NCBI GenBank assembly: GCA_945872335.1
Contig: CAMBZS010000001.1
Coordinates: forward strand, 13,597-77,596
DNA length: 64,000 bases
Source: Bordetella parapertussis
GTDB lineage: Bacteria; Pseudomonadota; Gammaproteobacteria; Burkholderiales; Burkholderiaceae_E
Direction: 5' to 3'
The position numbers and the translations under genes are program-made. The notes under the pieces are model-generated. The model was given only the letters and a program-made list of their open reading frames with translations, was not told the origin of the DNA and did no database searches. This document shows positions 39,942 to 49,832 of this stretch, piece by piece; the stretch's first letter is position 1, and each line of letters begins with the position of its first letter.

Positions 39942-41201
39942 GTGATGAATGACGCGAACCGCAAGCACTATGACGATCTCGAAACGCGCACGTCCGAGGC
40001 GCGAGAGGGCGCGCTCTTTGCCCGCCTGCCTGGCCTGATCGCGCACGCGAAAGCGCACGCACCCGGCTGGGCCGAGCGGCTTCGGTCGGTTGAACCCGGC
40101 GCGATGGCCTCGCGCAAGGCGCTCGCGCAGATTCCCGTGCTTCGCAAGAGCGAACTGAAAGATCAGCAGGTGGCGCGTCCGCCCTTTGGCGGCTTCACCA
40201 CCGTCGAGCCCGGGCGAATGGGACGGCTCTACATGTCCCCGGGCCCGATCTTCGACCCTGAAGGCGCCCGCCCCGACCCCTGGCGCGCGGCGCGCGCGCT
40301 CTGGGCAGCAGGCATGCGCCCCGGCCATGTCATCCAGAACTGCTTCGGCTACCACCTGACGCCCGGCGCCTGGATGGTCGACGGCGCGGCCCGACATATC
40401 GGCTGCGCGGTCATTCCGGCCGGCACCGGGCAGACCGAGCAGCAGCTTGAACTCATTGCCGCGCTCGCCCCCGACGCCTATGTCGGGACGCCCTCGTTTC
40501 TGCGCATCCTGGTGGAGAAAGCGCGCGAGACCGGCGCCGACATCTCGCGGCTCAAACGTGCGCTGGTAGCGGCCGAGGCGCTCCCGCCCAGCCTGCGCGC
40601 ATGGTTTCGCGAGCAGGGCCTCACGAGCGTGCTCCAGTGGTACGGAACAGCCGACCTTGGGCTCATTGCCTATGAGTCCGAGGCGCTCGAGGGCATGATC
40701 CTCGACGAAGACCTGATTCTGGAGATCGTGCGCCCGGGCACCGATGATCCGGTCGCCGATGGCGAGGTGGGCGAGGTGGTGATCACCAGTTTCAATCCCG
40801 ACTATCCGATGATCCGATTCGGAACCGGCGATCTGTCCGCAGTGCTGCCCGGGGCCTCGCCCTGCGGGCGCACCAATGTCCGGATCCGCGGCTGGCTGGG
40901 CCGCGCCGACCAGACCACCAAGGTGCGGGGCATGTTCGTGCATCCCGGCCAGATCGCCGAGGTCGTGCGCCGGCACCCGGAGGTCGCTCGCGCGCGGCTG
41001 GTGGTGGAGGGCGAAATGGCCAACGACCGCATGACGCTGCGCTGCGAACTCGCGGCCGGCACGCACGCGGCGGCGCTCGCCGAGGCGATCGCGGTCTGCC
41101 TGCGCGACATCACCAAGCTGCGGGGGGAGGTCCAGATGGTCCCGCCCGGATCCCTGCCCAATGACGGCAAGGTGATCGAGGACGCTCGCAAGTACAACTG
41201 A
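39942..41201 (+). CDS. Phenylacetate-CoA ligase-family (PaaK-like) adenylate-forming enzyme
   Basis: About 419 aa with a PaaK-like pattern (PVLRKSELK..., GMFVHPGQI..., C-terminal ...GKVIEDARKY). Start at GTG 39942 or ATG 39945. Confidence 0.75.
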   Translation: MMNDANRKHYDDLETRTSEAREGALFARLPGLIAHAKAHAPGWAERLRSVEPGAMASRKALAQIPVLRKSELKDQQVARPPFGGFTTVEPGRMGRLYMSPGPIFDPEGARPDPWRAARALWAAGMRPGHVIQNCFGYHLTPGAWMVDGAARHIGCAVIPAGTGQTEQQLELIAALAPDAYVGTPSFLRILVEKARETGADISRLKRALVAAEALPPSLRAWFREQGLTSVLQWYGTADLGLIAYESEALEGMILDEDLILEIVRPGTDDPVADGEVGEVVITSFNPDYPMIRFGTGDLSAVLPGASPCGRTNVRIRGWLGRADQTTKVRGMFVHPGQIAEVVRRHPEVARARLVVEGEMANDRMTLRCELAAGTHAAALAEAIAVCLRDITKLRGEVQMVPPGSLPNDGKVIEDARKYN

Positions 41202-41374
41202 GGGCCGCGGCCCGACGGCGCGGCGAAGCCGCAACCCCGGGCACCGGCTGCGGCGAGTCATCCGGTCAGACAGGACCGCCCCGTGAGGTCCTGCGGATAC
41301 GCTCGTCAACCCGCTCATCGCGGTACCATTGACGCGTGTTGAGTGCCGGCCAGGCCCGGTCACGGAGAGCTCTG

Positions 41375-42349
41375 ATGGAAATTTTCGACTACGACAACAT
41401 CCTGCTCCTGCCCCGCCGCTGCGTGGTCGAGAGCCGCCGCGAGTGCGACCCTTCGATCGAGCTGGGAGGGCGCCATTTCCGCATTCCGGTCGTTCCGGCC
41501 AACATGAAGACGGTGGTCAACGACGACATCTGTGAGCGGCTGGCGCGCGAGGGCTATTTTTATATCCAGCACCGCTTCGATATCGACAGCATCGCCTTTG
41601 CCCGCGCCATGCGCGAAAAGGGGCTGTTCGTGTCGCTGTCGGTGGGCGTGAAAGAGGCCGATCGTGAGGTCGTACGCGAGCTCGCCCGCGAGGGACTGGG
41701 GGCCGATTACCTCACCATCGACATCGCGCACGGACACGCCGAGTCGGTCAGGCAGATGATCGCCCACATCCGCGAGCATCTGCCCAAGGCCTTCGTGATC
41801 GCCGGCAATGTGGGGACACCCGAAGGTGTGATCGATCTCGAGAACTGGGGGGCAGACGCCACCAAGGTGGGCGTCGGGCCCGGCAAGGTATGCATCACCC
41901 GCATGAAGACAGGCTTTGGAACCGGCGGCTGGCAGCTCTCGGCGCTCAAGTGGTGCGCTCGTGTCGCCACCAAGCCCATCATCGCCGACGGCGGTATCCG
42001 CGAGCATGGCGACATTGCAAAGTCGGTACGCTTTGGTGCCACCATGGTCATGATCGGGTCGATGTTCGCCGGTCATGAAGAGTCGCCCGGGACCACGGTC
42101 GAGGTCGACGGCAAGCTCTACAAGGAATACTACGGTTCCGCCTCGGAGTTCAACAAAGGGCATCGGAGCTTTGTTGAAGGCAAGCGCATTCTTGAGCCCA
42201 TCAAAGGCAAGCTCGCTGACACGCTACGCGAGATGGAAGAAGACCTGCAGAGCTCGATCTCATACGCCGGCGGACGCAGGCTCGGCGATCTGCGACGCGT
42301 GAACTACGTGATCCTCGGGCACGACAACGACACGTCATACCTGATGTGA
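41375..42349 (+). CDS. guaC: GMP reductase (type 2, Bacillus GuaC-like, 324 aa)
   Basis: [48 protein letters not shown]. Confidence 0.88.
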   Translation: MEIFDYDNILLLPRRCVVESRRECDPSIELGGRHFRIPVVPANMKTVVNDDICERLAREGYFYIQHRFDIDSIAFARAMREKGLFVSLSVGVKEADREVVRELAREGLGADYLTIDIAHGHAESVRQMIAHIREHLPKAFVIAGNVGTPEGVIDLENWGADATKVGVGPGKVCITRMKTGFGTGGWQLSALKWCARVATKPIIADGGIREHGDIAKSVRFGATMVMIGSMFAGHEESPGTTVEVDGKLYKEYYGSASEFNKGHRSFVEGKRILEPIKGKLADTLREMEEDLQSSISYAGGRRLGDLRRVNYVILGHDNDTSYLM

Positions 42350-42892
42350 GTCGGGCGGGCGCTCGCGATCGCCCGCACCGATCTCGCGCTGCATGATGAC
42401 GGTATCGAGCCAGCGGTCAAATTTCCAGCCGCTTGCGCGCAAGATCCCGGCAAATCGAAACCCGCAGGTGGCATGCAGGCCGATCGAGCCGGTGTTGGCG
42501 CTGTCGCCAATCACGGCAATCATCTGCCTCACGCCCCGCGCGCGCGCCTCATCGATCAGATCCAGAAGCAGCGCGCGGCCAATGCCACCACGCGAAAGCC
42601 CTGCGCGCACATAAACCGAGTTTTCCACGCTGAACCGATACGCGGGCCGCATCCGGAAAAAATTGAAATAGGCAAAACCCACGACCTCGCCGCCCGCTTC
42701 GGCCACGCGATGCGCAAAGCCGTTGGCGAGCACGTCATCGCGACGGCGTGTGACTTCGGCAAGCGTGGGTGGCTCGAGCTCAAACGAGCCCGTGCCATGA
42801 CGGACATGGTGTGCGTAGAGGCGCTCGATCGCCTCAAGATCGGCGGGCCTGCTGTCCCGCAGGAGCGGCGCCTGCGCGAATCGTTCAGACAT
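42335..42892 (-). CDS. GNAT family N-acetyltransferase (phosphinothricin-acetyltransferase-like)
   Basis: RGGIGRALL acetyl-CoA-binding motif (R/Q-x-x-G-x-G/A) and a PAT-like N-terminus [20 protein letters not shown]. Confidence 0.8.
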   Translation of the reverse strand: MSERFAQAPLLRDSRPADLEAIERLYAHHVRHGTGSFELEPPTLAEVTRRRDDVLANGFAHRVAEAGGEVVGFAYFNFFRMRPAYRFSVENSVYVRAGLSRGGIGRALLLDLIDEARARGVRQMIAVIGDSANTGSIGLHATCGFRFAGILRASGWKFDRWLDTVIMQREIGAGDRERPPDSHQV

Positions 42893-43820
42893 TGAAAAGC
42901 TTCCCCTTCAGTCGTCTCAGCGCGCCTTGCGCAACGAGCTCATCGACCGCCCAGTCAAACGCGGCCTCCACCGACAGGTCGAGAAGTGCGGCCGCGCTAC
43001 GCAGAACCGCAGCCCCGGCCACCCGCTCTGCGAGCACCGCCTCCTCGATCTCCTCGATATCGAGCATCAGATATTTGATCATCACCTTCATGGCGTAGCG
43101 TGCGTTTCGCACCGGATCGGCGCGAAGCGACGCGAGCCTTCTGCGTGCGGTCTCGATGACCGCGTGCGGGTTGGCAAACGCCGGGCCGTGACCGGGCAGC
43201 ACGGCGTCCACATCAAGGCGTGCGATGAGGTCCAGCATCCCGGCCTGTTCGGCAAAGCCCGACTCACCGATGAGCTCGGGAAAGATCACGCCAAACCCGT
43301 TGTGCCAGAGCACGTCAGCCGACACCAGCAGGCGATGGGGGGCGCAGTAAAAGACCAGGCTCTTCGGATCGTGACCGGGTGCCGAGTGAATCTGCCAGGG
43401 GGCGCCGCCCATCATGATCGACTCGCCAGGCACCAACACGCCGCTCGCCTCAAAGCGGGCGCAGCGCTGGGCGGTCCCGTCATAGCTGAGCGCTTCGGTG
43501 TCCCAACGTTGAACATCATCGAAACTTCCAGCGGGTACCAGCACCTCGCAGCCAAAGCGTGAGACCAGCGCCGCGTTGCCGCCGCAATGGTCGGAATGCA
43601 GGTGGGTATTCACGACGCGGCTGAGACGCTGCGCGCCGACTTGACCCAGCGCATGCTCGACCAGGGCCACCACCAGCGCAGCGTGTTTCACATAGCCGCT
43701 GTCGATCAGCGTTGCGCCGCCATCGGGCTCGGCGATCAGCACCATGTTGGACGACAGCCAGTCGCGCTCGATGAATCGAACGCCGGCAGGCAAGCGCACA
43801 GCCGGCTCAGCCCGACTCAT
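42885..43820 (-). CDS. MBL-fold metallo-hydrolase
   Basis: HLHSDHCGG (HxHxDH) motif. The start was trimmed to MSRAEP; the 8-nt overlap with the GNAT start suggests coupling. Confidence 0.8.
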   Translation of the reverse strand: MSRAEPAVRLPAGVRFIERDWLSSNMVLIAEPDGGATLIDSGYVKHAALVVALVEHALGQVGAQRLSRVVNTHLHSDHCGGNAALVSRFGCEVLVPAGSFDDVQRWDTEALSYDGTAQRCARFEASGVLVPGESIMMGGAPWQIHSAPGHDPKSLVFYCAPHRLLVSADVLWHNGFGVIFPELIGESGFAEQAGMLDLIARLDVDAVLPGHGPAFANPHAVIETARRRLASLRADPVRNARYAMKVMIKYLMLDIEEIEEAVLAERVAGAAVLRSAAALLDLSVEAAFDWAVDELVAQGALRRLKGKLFNV

Positions 43821-44055
43821 GAGAACGCACCAGTTCGCGCGCCCGGCCCGCGCCCATGCGTGAGGCAAGTGCGGTTTCAAGGTCGACCTCGAAGTGCCGG
43901 GCGAGCTGCACCCAGACCGCCATGCGCTCGTGGTCATCGAGCATGATCCAGGCTTCGATCTGCTCGATGGTGCGCGCGCAGCCCAGGCAGCGGCGCGATT
44001 CGGAATCGAGCTGACAGACCGAGATACAGGGTGAAGGAATGGTGGCTGCGGTCAT
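43807..44055 (-). CDS. DUF1289 domain-containing small Cys-rich protein
   Basis: SPCISVCQLD...RCLGCARTIEQIEAW is typical of DUF1289. Trimmed to MTAATIPSPC. Confidence 0.7.
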   Translation of the reverse strand: MTAATIPSPCISVCQLDSESRRCLGCARTIEQIEAWIMLDDHERMAVWVQLARHFEVDLETALASRMGAGRARELVRSHESG

Positions 44056-44086
44056 GGCTGGGTCCGTTGGAGATGTCGAATGGCGA

Positions 44087-45040
44087 TCATGCGTGCACCT
44101 CGGCCCCGGCCTTGTGCTCCTCGCGCGCCGCGAGCGCTGCGCCCACGCGCGAGCCATAGCGACGGCCCACCTGCCCGGAGATCCACTGGCCGGTTTGCAC
44201 CATCGCCTCGAGGTTCAGACCCGTATCGATACCCAGGCCCTTGAACAGCCACAGCAGGTCTTCGGTGGCGACATTGCCGGTTGCACCCTTCGCATACGGA
44301 CAGCCGCCAAGCCCCGCCACAGCGCTATCGAACCGGTGCACGCCCACCTCCAGGCAGCCGTAGACATTGGCGACCGCCTGACCGTAGGTGTCATGGAAAT
44401 GCCCCGAGAGCTGGGCGAGCGGCACCTCGCGTGCAGCCGCCTCGAACACCCGCTTCACATGACGGACGGTGGCCACACCGATGGTGTCGGCGATACCGAT
44501 CTCGTCACAGCCCAGATCGCGCGTTCGCCGCACCAGATCGATCACCGATTCCAGGGGGACATCGCCCTGATAGGGGCAGCCAAAGGCCACCGAGATCACT
44601 GCGCGAAGCCGCAGACCGTGCGCCTTGGCAGCCTGGGCCACCGGGCGAAACCTCTCGATGCTCTCGGCCACCGAACAGTTGGTGTTCCGCATTGAAAACG
44701 CCTCGCTTGCTGCGCCAAAGATCACCACCTCATCGACCCGGCTCGCAAGGGCCGCCTCGAAGCCTTTCAGGTTGGGGGTGAGCGCAGACAACGTGAGCCC
44801 TGCACGCCGCGGCAGGCGGGCGAGCACATCGGCAGCATCGGCCATCTGCGGCACCCATTTCGGCGACACGAACGAGGTGACCTCGAGCTGCGATACGCCG
44901 GCTGCAAGCAGTCGCTCGCAGAGCTCGACCTTCACATCGGTGGCGAGCGGCGCTTTCTCGTTCTGAAGACCGTCGCGCGGGCCGACCTCGGTCATGAAGA
45001 CTCGGGCGGGCAGGGTGTTGGACATGGTGAGGGCTTTCAT
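44087..45040 (-). CDS. liuE: Hydroxymethylglutaryl-CoA lyase
   Basis: EVGPRDGLQNE, HFHDTYGQAVAN, GGCPYA. An alternative Met lies at 45025. Confidence 0.9.
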   Translation of the reverse strand: MKALTMSNTLPARVFMTEVGPRDGLQNEKAPLATDVKVELCERLLAAGVSQLEVTSFVSPKWVPQMADAADVLARLPRRAGLTLSALTPNLKGFEAALASRVDEVVIFGAASEAFSMRNTNCSVAESIERFRPVAQAAKAHGLRLRAVISVAFGCPYQGDVPLESVIDLVRRTRDLGCDEIGIADTIGVATVRHVKRVFEAAAREVPLAQLSGHFHDTYGQAVANVYGCLEVGVHRFDSAVAGLGGCPYAKGATGNVATEDLLWLFKGLGIDTGLNLEAMVQTGQWISGQVGRRYGSRVGAALAAREEHKAGAEVHA

Positions 45041-45051
45041 GGAGAGCGGGT

Positions 45052-46041
45052 TCAGTAGGCGCGTCTGCGGTCAACCAGACCACTGGGCGCCTCGCCCAGG
45101 CACAGCTGGGTGATGCGGCGTGCCACCTGGCGGGCGGACTCGCTCACGACGGTAATCGCCGCCACATGCGGCGTGATGCGTACCTGCGGGTGGGTCCAGA
45201 AGCGGTGCTCGCGCGGCAGCGGCTCAGTGCGAAATACATCGAGCGCGGCGCAGGTGATCGCGCCTGAGTCGAGGGCAGCGAGCAACGCCTCGTCGACCAC
45301 CAGATCGCCTCGTGCAACGTTGATGAGGAAAGCCCCGCGCGGCAGCTGCGCAAGGCGCGTGGCGTCAAACAGATTGCGGGTCGCAGGCGTGAGCGGCGCT
45401 GCAACCACCAGCACCTGGACGCCTGCGAGGAACGGCTCAAGCCCGTGCGAGTCGTCAAAGCACTCAATGCCGGCGAGCGCGCGCGGCGAGCGGGAATAGC
45501 CCCGCACTGCAAAGCCGAGCGCGGCCAGCGCGCGCGCGATCGCCTCGCCCATCTTGCCCATCCCGAACACCCCCACGGCGCAGCGGGCCGGGCTCACGTA
45601 GGGCCACTCCTGCCAGACACCCTCGCGCTGCTGCGCCTCATAGCGGTCATAGCGATAGTGAAAGCGCAGCACCTCGTGCGCGCAATAGGCCGCCATCTGC
45701 TCGGCCATGCCGCCATCCTCGATGCGATAAACCGGCAGCTGCTCGGGCAGCGTCGGGTCGGTAAGCAGCCAGTCAACGCCCGCGCCGGCAGCAAAGACCG
45801 CAGCGAGTCCGGGCTGGCGCGTGAAAAACCCGGGTTGCGGCCGCCACAGCACCGCATAATCGGCAGCGGGCGCATCGGCCGAATCAGGCACGATCCGGGC
45901 CCGCGGCAACGCTTCGCTGAGCGCCTGGGCCCACTCCTGAGCGGCCTCCGCGCTCCGCAAACCCAGCACGATGGTGGGCGATGCACTCGCCAGCGGGGAA
46001 CCGTCTTGCGCGCGGTCGGCGCCAGAAGATAAGCCTGTCAT
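45052..46041 (-). CDS. D-isomer-specific 2-hydroxyacid dehydrogenase, glyoxylate/hydroxypyruvate reductase A (GhrA/YcdW)-like
   Basis: Colinear with E. coli GhrA: ADYAVLW, VFAAGAGVD, RIEDGGMAEQMAAY, INVARGDLVVDEALLAALDSG, DVFRTEPLP, ITPHVAAIT, C-terminal VDRRRAY. The ATG overlaps the liuD stop (ATGA). Confidence 0.8.
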   Translation of the reverse strand: MTGLSSGADRAQDGSPLASASPTIVLGLRSAEAAQEWAQALSEALPRARIVPDSADAPAADYAVLWRPQPGFFTRQPGLAAVFAAGAGVDWLLTDPTLPEQLPVYRIEDGGMAEQMAAYCAHEVLRFHYRYDRYEAQQREGVWQEWPYVSPARCAVGVFGMGKMGEAIARALAALGFAVRGYSRSPRALAGIECFDDSHGLEPFLAGVQVLVVAAPLTPATRNLFDATRLAQLPRGAFLINVARGDLVVDEALLAALDSGAITCAALDVFRTEPLPREHRFWTHPQVRITPHVAAITVVSESARQVARRITQLCLGEAPSGLVDRRRAY

Positions 46042-48137
46042 GCTGCCCCCGTTGCAATCGGCTCGATCGCAAGAAGCGCCGCGCCCTCCTGCACCTGTGA
46101 ACCTGTCGAATGAAGAATGGCGGTGACGCGACCCGCTTCGGGCGCAGTGATGACATGCTCCATCTTCATCGCCTCGAGCACCGCGAGCGGCTGGCCGCGC
46201 TCAACCACCGCACCCACCTCCACCATGAGTGCCACCACCTTGCCAGGCATCGGTGCGGCAAGGCTGCCCGCATCCGCGGTCGCCTCATCGGGATTGCCCC
46301 CCGACGGCAGCACCGCGATGCGAAGCGCACGGCCCCGCTCGGATATGAGGACCGATGACCCATCAATGAGCGCGCCGCAGCGAACTGCTTCGGCGCCAAC
46401 GAGTGCACCCAAAGCGCCCTGCGCGGTATCGAGCCGTGGGTCGGCGATGCAGACCACCTCATCGCCTGAAAATGCGGTGAAGCCCGCGCCCGAGCGGGCG
46501 GCTTCGATTCGAAGTTCGCACTGCTCGGCATCGGTTGCAAGCCGCAGCCAGCGGGCGCCCTGCCCATGCACCCGCCAGCTGTCGGCGGCCCGCCACGGGT
46601 CGGTCCATGCGGTCTCGGGAGCCTCTGCGCCAGCGGCGCCGCCGACGAGGCCTGCCCGCGGCATGCGGCGAGCGCCCTCTGCCGACTCGCTCGCGAGCCA
46701 CGCCGCGGCGGCCACCGCCCAATCGCGCATGGTCATGGGGGCAGGCGAAGGCAGGATCGTCGAGCGCTCGCGCTCGATCAATCCGGTATCGAGGTCGGCC
46801 GAGGCGAACGCCGGCGACTGCATCAGTCGATACAGGAAGGCCGCGTTGGTGGACACGCCCGCGATTCGAACCTGAGACAGCGCCTGCGCCATTCGCGCGC
46901 GCGCCTGATCGCGGTCCACTCCCCAGGTAATGAGCTTGGCAATCATCGGGTCATAGTGGGGCGAGATCACATCGCCCGCGCGAACCCCGCTATCGATCCG
47001 TAGCGCCGCTGGCTCACCCTGCGTACCCGCCCCGACCGAAAAACCTGCCGCAGGCGGCAAATGGAGCGCGCGCAGCGCCCCGGTGGAGGGCAGAAAACCG
47101 CGCTCGGGATTCTCGGCATAGAGCCGCACCTCGATCGCATGCCCGCGTCGTGCCAGCGCCGACTGCGACAGCGGCAGCGGTTCACCCGCCGCCACGCGCA
47201 ACTGCCACTCGACCAGATCGAGGCCAGTGATCATTTCCGTGACCGGATGCTCGACCTGAAGCCGGGTGTTCATCTCCATGAAATAGAAGCGCCCGTCCTG
47301 CTCGGCGATGAATTCCACGGTGCCCGCACCCTCATAGCCCACCGCGCGAGCCGCCGCCACCGCCGCAGCACCCATCTCCTCGCGCCTTGCCTCCGACAGG
47401 CCTGGCGCGGGCGCCTCTTCCACCACTTTCTGATGACGGCGCTGCACCGAGCAATCACGCTCAAACAGATGGAGCGCGTTGCCGTGCCGGTCGGCAAACA
47501 CCTGCACCTCGATGTGGCGCGGCCGCCTGAGGTAGCGCTCAACCAGCACCTGATCGGACCCGAAGGCCGACAACGCCTCACGCCGACACGAAGCGAGCGC
47601 CGCCTCGAAATCAGCGCTTTGTTCGACGATCCGCATGCCCTTGCCGCCACCGCCTGCGCTCGCCTTGATGATCACCGGATAGCCGATCGCATCGGCCTCG
47701 CCGCGCAGATAATCGGCCTCCTGCCGCTCGCCGTGATAACCGGGCACGAGCGGCACGCCCGCCCGCGCCATCAGTGTCTTGGCGGCTGATTTGCTCCCCA
47801 TTGCAGCAATGGCCTCGGGCGGCGGGCCAACGAAGACCAGGCCCGCGTCGCGCACCGCTCGCGCGAAGGCGTCGTTCTCGGACAGAAACCCGTAGCCGGG
47901 ATGGATGGCCTGCGCCCCCGAGGCACGCGCGGCCGCGATGATCGCCTCGCCCTTCAGATAGGACTCACGCGCCGCCGCCGGCCCCAGACGCAGCGCCTGA
48001 TCGCATGCGGCCACGTGCGCCGCGCGCGCATCGGCATCGGAATACACCGCCACGGTTTCAATGCCCAGTCGCGCCGCGGTGGCCGCCACCCGGCAGGCGA
48101 TTTCGCCCCGGTTGGCAATGAGAATGCGTTTGAACAC
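46038..48137 (-). CDS. liuD: 3-methylcrotonyl-CoA carboxylase alpha subunit (biotin carboxylase + BCCP)
   Basis: MFKRILIANRGEIACR, ATP-grasp motifs, and C-terminal biotinylation motif LEAMKMEH. Confidence 0.9.
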   Translation of the reverse strand: MFKRILIANRGEIACRVAATAARLGIETVAVYSDADARAAHVAACDQALRLGPAAARESYLKGEAIIAAARASGAQAIHPGYGFLSENDAFARAVRDAGLVFVGPPPEAIAAMGSKSAAKTLMARAGVPLVPGYHGERQEADYLRGEADAIGYPVIIKASAGGGGKGMRIVEQSADFEAALASCRREALSAFGSDQVLVERYLRRPRHIEVQVFADRHGNALHLFERDCSVQRRHQKVVEEAPAPGLSEARREEMGAAAVAAARAVGYEGAGTVEFIAEQDGRFYFMEMNTRLQVEHPVTEMITGLDLVEWQLRVAAGEPLPLSQSALARRGHAIEVRLYAENPERGFLPSTGALRALHLPPAAGFSVGAGTQGEPAALRIDSGVRAGDVISPHYDPMIAKLITWGVDRDQARARMAQALSQVRIAGVSTNAAFLYRLMQSPAFASADLDTGLIERERSTILPSPAPMTMRDWAVAAAAWLASESAEGARRMPRAGLVGGAAGAEAPETAWTDPWRAADSWRVHGQGARWLRLATDAEQCELRIEAARSGAGFTAFSGDEVVCIADPRLDTAQGALGALVGAEAVRCGALIDGSSVLISERGRALRIAVLPSGGNPDEATADAGSLAAPMPGKVVALMVEVGAVVERGQPLAVLEAMKMEHVITAPEAGRVTAILHSTGSQVQEGAALLAIEPIATGAA

Positions 48138-48148
48138 AGCGGACCGCC

Positions 48149-49756
48149 TTACATGCGGAAAACGCCGAACCGGGTCGGCGGAATCGGCGCATTGAGCGCC
48201 GCGGACAAACCCAGCGCCAGCACCCGACGGGTGTCGACCGGATCGATGATGCCGTCATCCCAGAGCCGTGCGCTCGCGTAATAGGGATGGCCCTGCCGCT
48301 CGTACTGCTCGCGGATCGGCGCACGAAAGGCTTCCTCATCGTCGGCGCTCCAATGCCCGCCGCGCGACTCGATGCCATCGCGGCGGACGGTGGCGAGCAC
48401 CGAGGCGGCCTGCTCGCCGCCCATCACGCTGATGCGGGCGTTGGGCCACATCCAGAGAAAGCGCGGCGAATACGCGCGGCCGCACATGCCGTAGTTGCCC
48501 GCGCCAAAGGAGCCGCCAATGATCACCGTGAACTTGGGCACCTGCGCGCAGGCCACCGCGGTGACGAGCTTCGCGCCGGCACGAGCAATGCCCTCATTCT
48601 CGTATTTTCGGCCCACCATGAAGCCGGTGATGTTCTGCAAAAACACAAGCGGCACGCGGCGCTGCGCGCAGAGTTCAATGAAGTGCGCGCCCTTGGCCGC
48701 CGATTCGGAAAACAGGATACCGTTGTTGGCCACAATTCCCACCGGCATGCCCTCGATCCAGGCAAAACCGGTCACCAGCGTGCTGCCGTAACGGGATTTG
48801 AATTCGTCGAATTCAGAGCCATCGACGACCCGCGCGATGATCTCGCGCACGTCGAACGATTTGCGCGCGTCGGTGGGAATCACCCCCAGCAACTCCTCGG
48901 CCGCATAGACGGGCGGCCGCGGCGCGCGACAGGCAAGCTCGATCCGCTTGTCTCGGTTGAGCGTGGCCACGATCGATCGGGCGATGGCAAGCGCGTGTTC
49001 GTCGTTGGCGGCCAGATGATCGGCCACCCCCGAGAGCCGCGTATGCACGTCGCCCCCGCCCAGGTCTTCGGCACTCACCTCCTCGCCGGTGGCAGCCTTC
49101 ACCAGCGGCGGGCCACCCAGAAAAATGGTGCCCTGGTTGCGCACAATCACCGCCTCATCGCTCATCGCAGGCACATAGGCGCCGCCCGCGGTGCAGGAGC
49201 CCATCACCACGGCAATCTGCGCAATACCCTCGGCCGACATCGTCGCCTGGTTGTAGAAGATGCGGCCGAAGTGCTCGCGATCGGGAAACACTTCGTCCTG
49301 ATTGGGCAGGTTGGCGCCACCTGAATCCACCAGGTAAATGCAGGGCAGACGATTGTCGCGCGCCACTTCCTGCGCCCGCAGATGTTTTTTCACCGTGACC
49401 GGATAGTAGGTGCCGCCCTTCACCGTGGCGTCGTTACAGACGATCACGCACTCCTGACCGCTCACCCGACCGATGCCGGTGATGATGCCCGCACACGGCG
49501 CCTCATCGCCATACATGCCGTAAGCCGCGAGCGGTGAGAGCTCGAGAAAGGGCGAGCCGGGATCGAGCAGCCGCTCGATGCGTTCGCGCGGAAGAAGCTT
49601 GCCGCGCGCGACATGGCGTGCGCGCGCGGTTTCGCCGCCGCCTGAGGCAGCGTGTTTCACCTTCTCACGCAGATCGCCCACCAGCGTGCGCATGGCCTGC
49701 GCGTGGGCGGAAAAATCGGCGCCTGCCGGGTCGAGCTTGCTGACTATCTGAGACAT
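48149..49756 (-). CDS. liuB: 3-methylcrotonyl-CoA carboxylase beta subunit (carboxyltransferase)
   Basis: Carboxyltransferase pattern ([37 protein letters not shown]-like). Trimmed to MSQIVSKL at 49756. Confidence 0.9.
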   Translation of the reverse strand: MSQIVSKLDPAGADFSAHAQAMRTLVGDLREKVKHAASGGGETARARHVARGKLLPRERIERLLDPGSPFLELSPLAAYGMYGDEAPCAGIITGIGRVSGQECVIVCNDATVKGGTYYPVTVKKHLRAQEVARDNRLPCIYLVDSGGANLPNQDEVFPDREHFGRIFYNQATMSAEGIAQIAVVMGSCTAGGAYVPAMSDEAVIVRNQGTIFLGGPPLVKAATGEEVSAEDLGGGDVHTRLSGVADHLAANDEHALAIARSIVATLNRDKRIELACRAPRPPVYAAEELLGVIPTDARKSFDVREIIARVVDGSEFDEFKSRYGSTLVTGFAWIEGMPVGIVANNGILFSESAAKGAHFIELCAQRRVPLVFLQNITGFMVGRKYENEGIARAGAKLVTAVACAQVPKFTVIIGGSFGAGNYGMCGRAYSPRFLWMWPNARISVMGGEQAASVLATVRRDGIESRGGHWSADDEEAFRAPIREQYERQGHPYYASARLWDDGIIDPVDTRRVLALGLSAALNAPIPPTRFGVFRM

Positions 49757-49832
49757 GACGGACGATCCTCGACAGGCAAAAAATGGACTCGCGGCCGGAC
49801 CGGCACTGTGACGGCGCGCACACCGCGCATGA

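Noticed and set aside
39876-41363. 495-aa minus-strand ORF opposite the PaaK-like ligase
   Set aside because: Same reasoning: antisense to a recognisable adenylate-forming enzyme, Arg/Gly/Ala-rich, no motifs.
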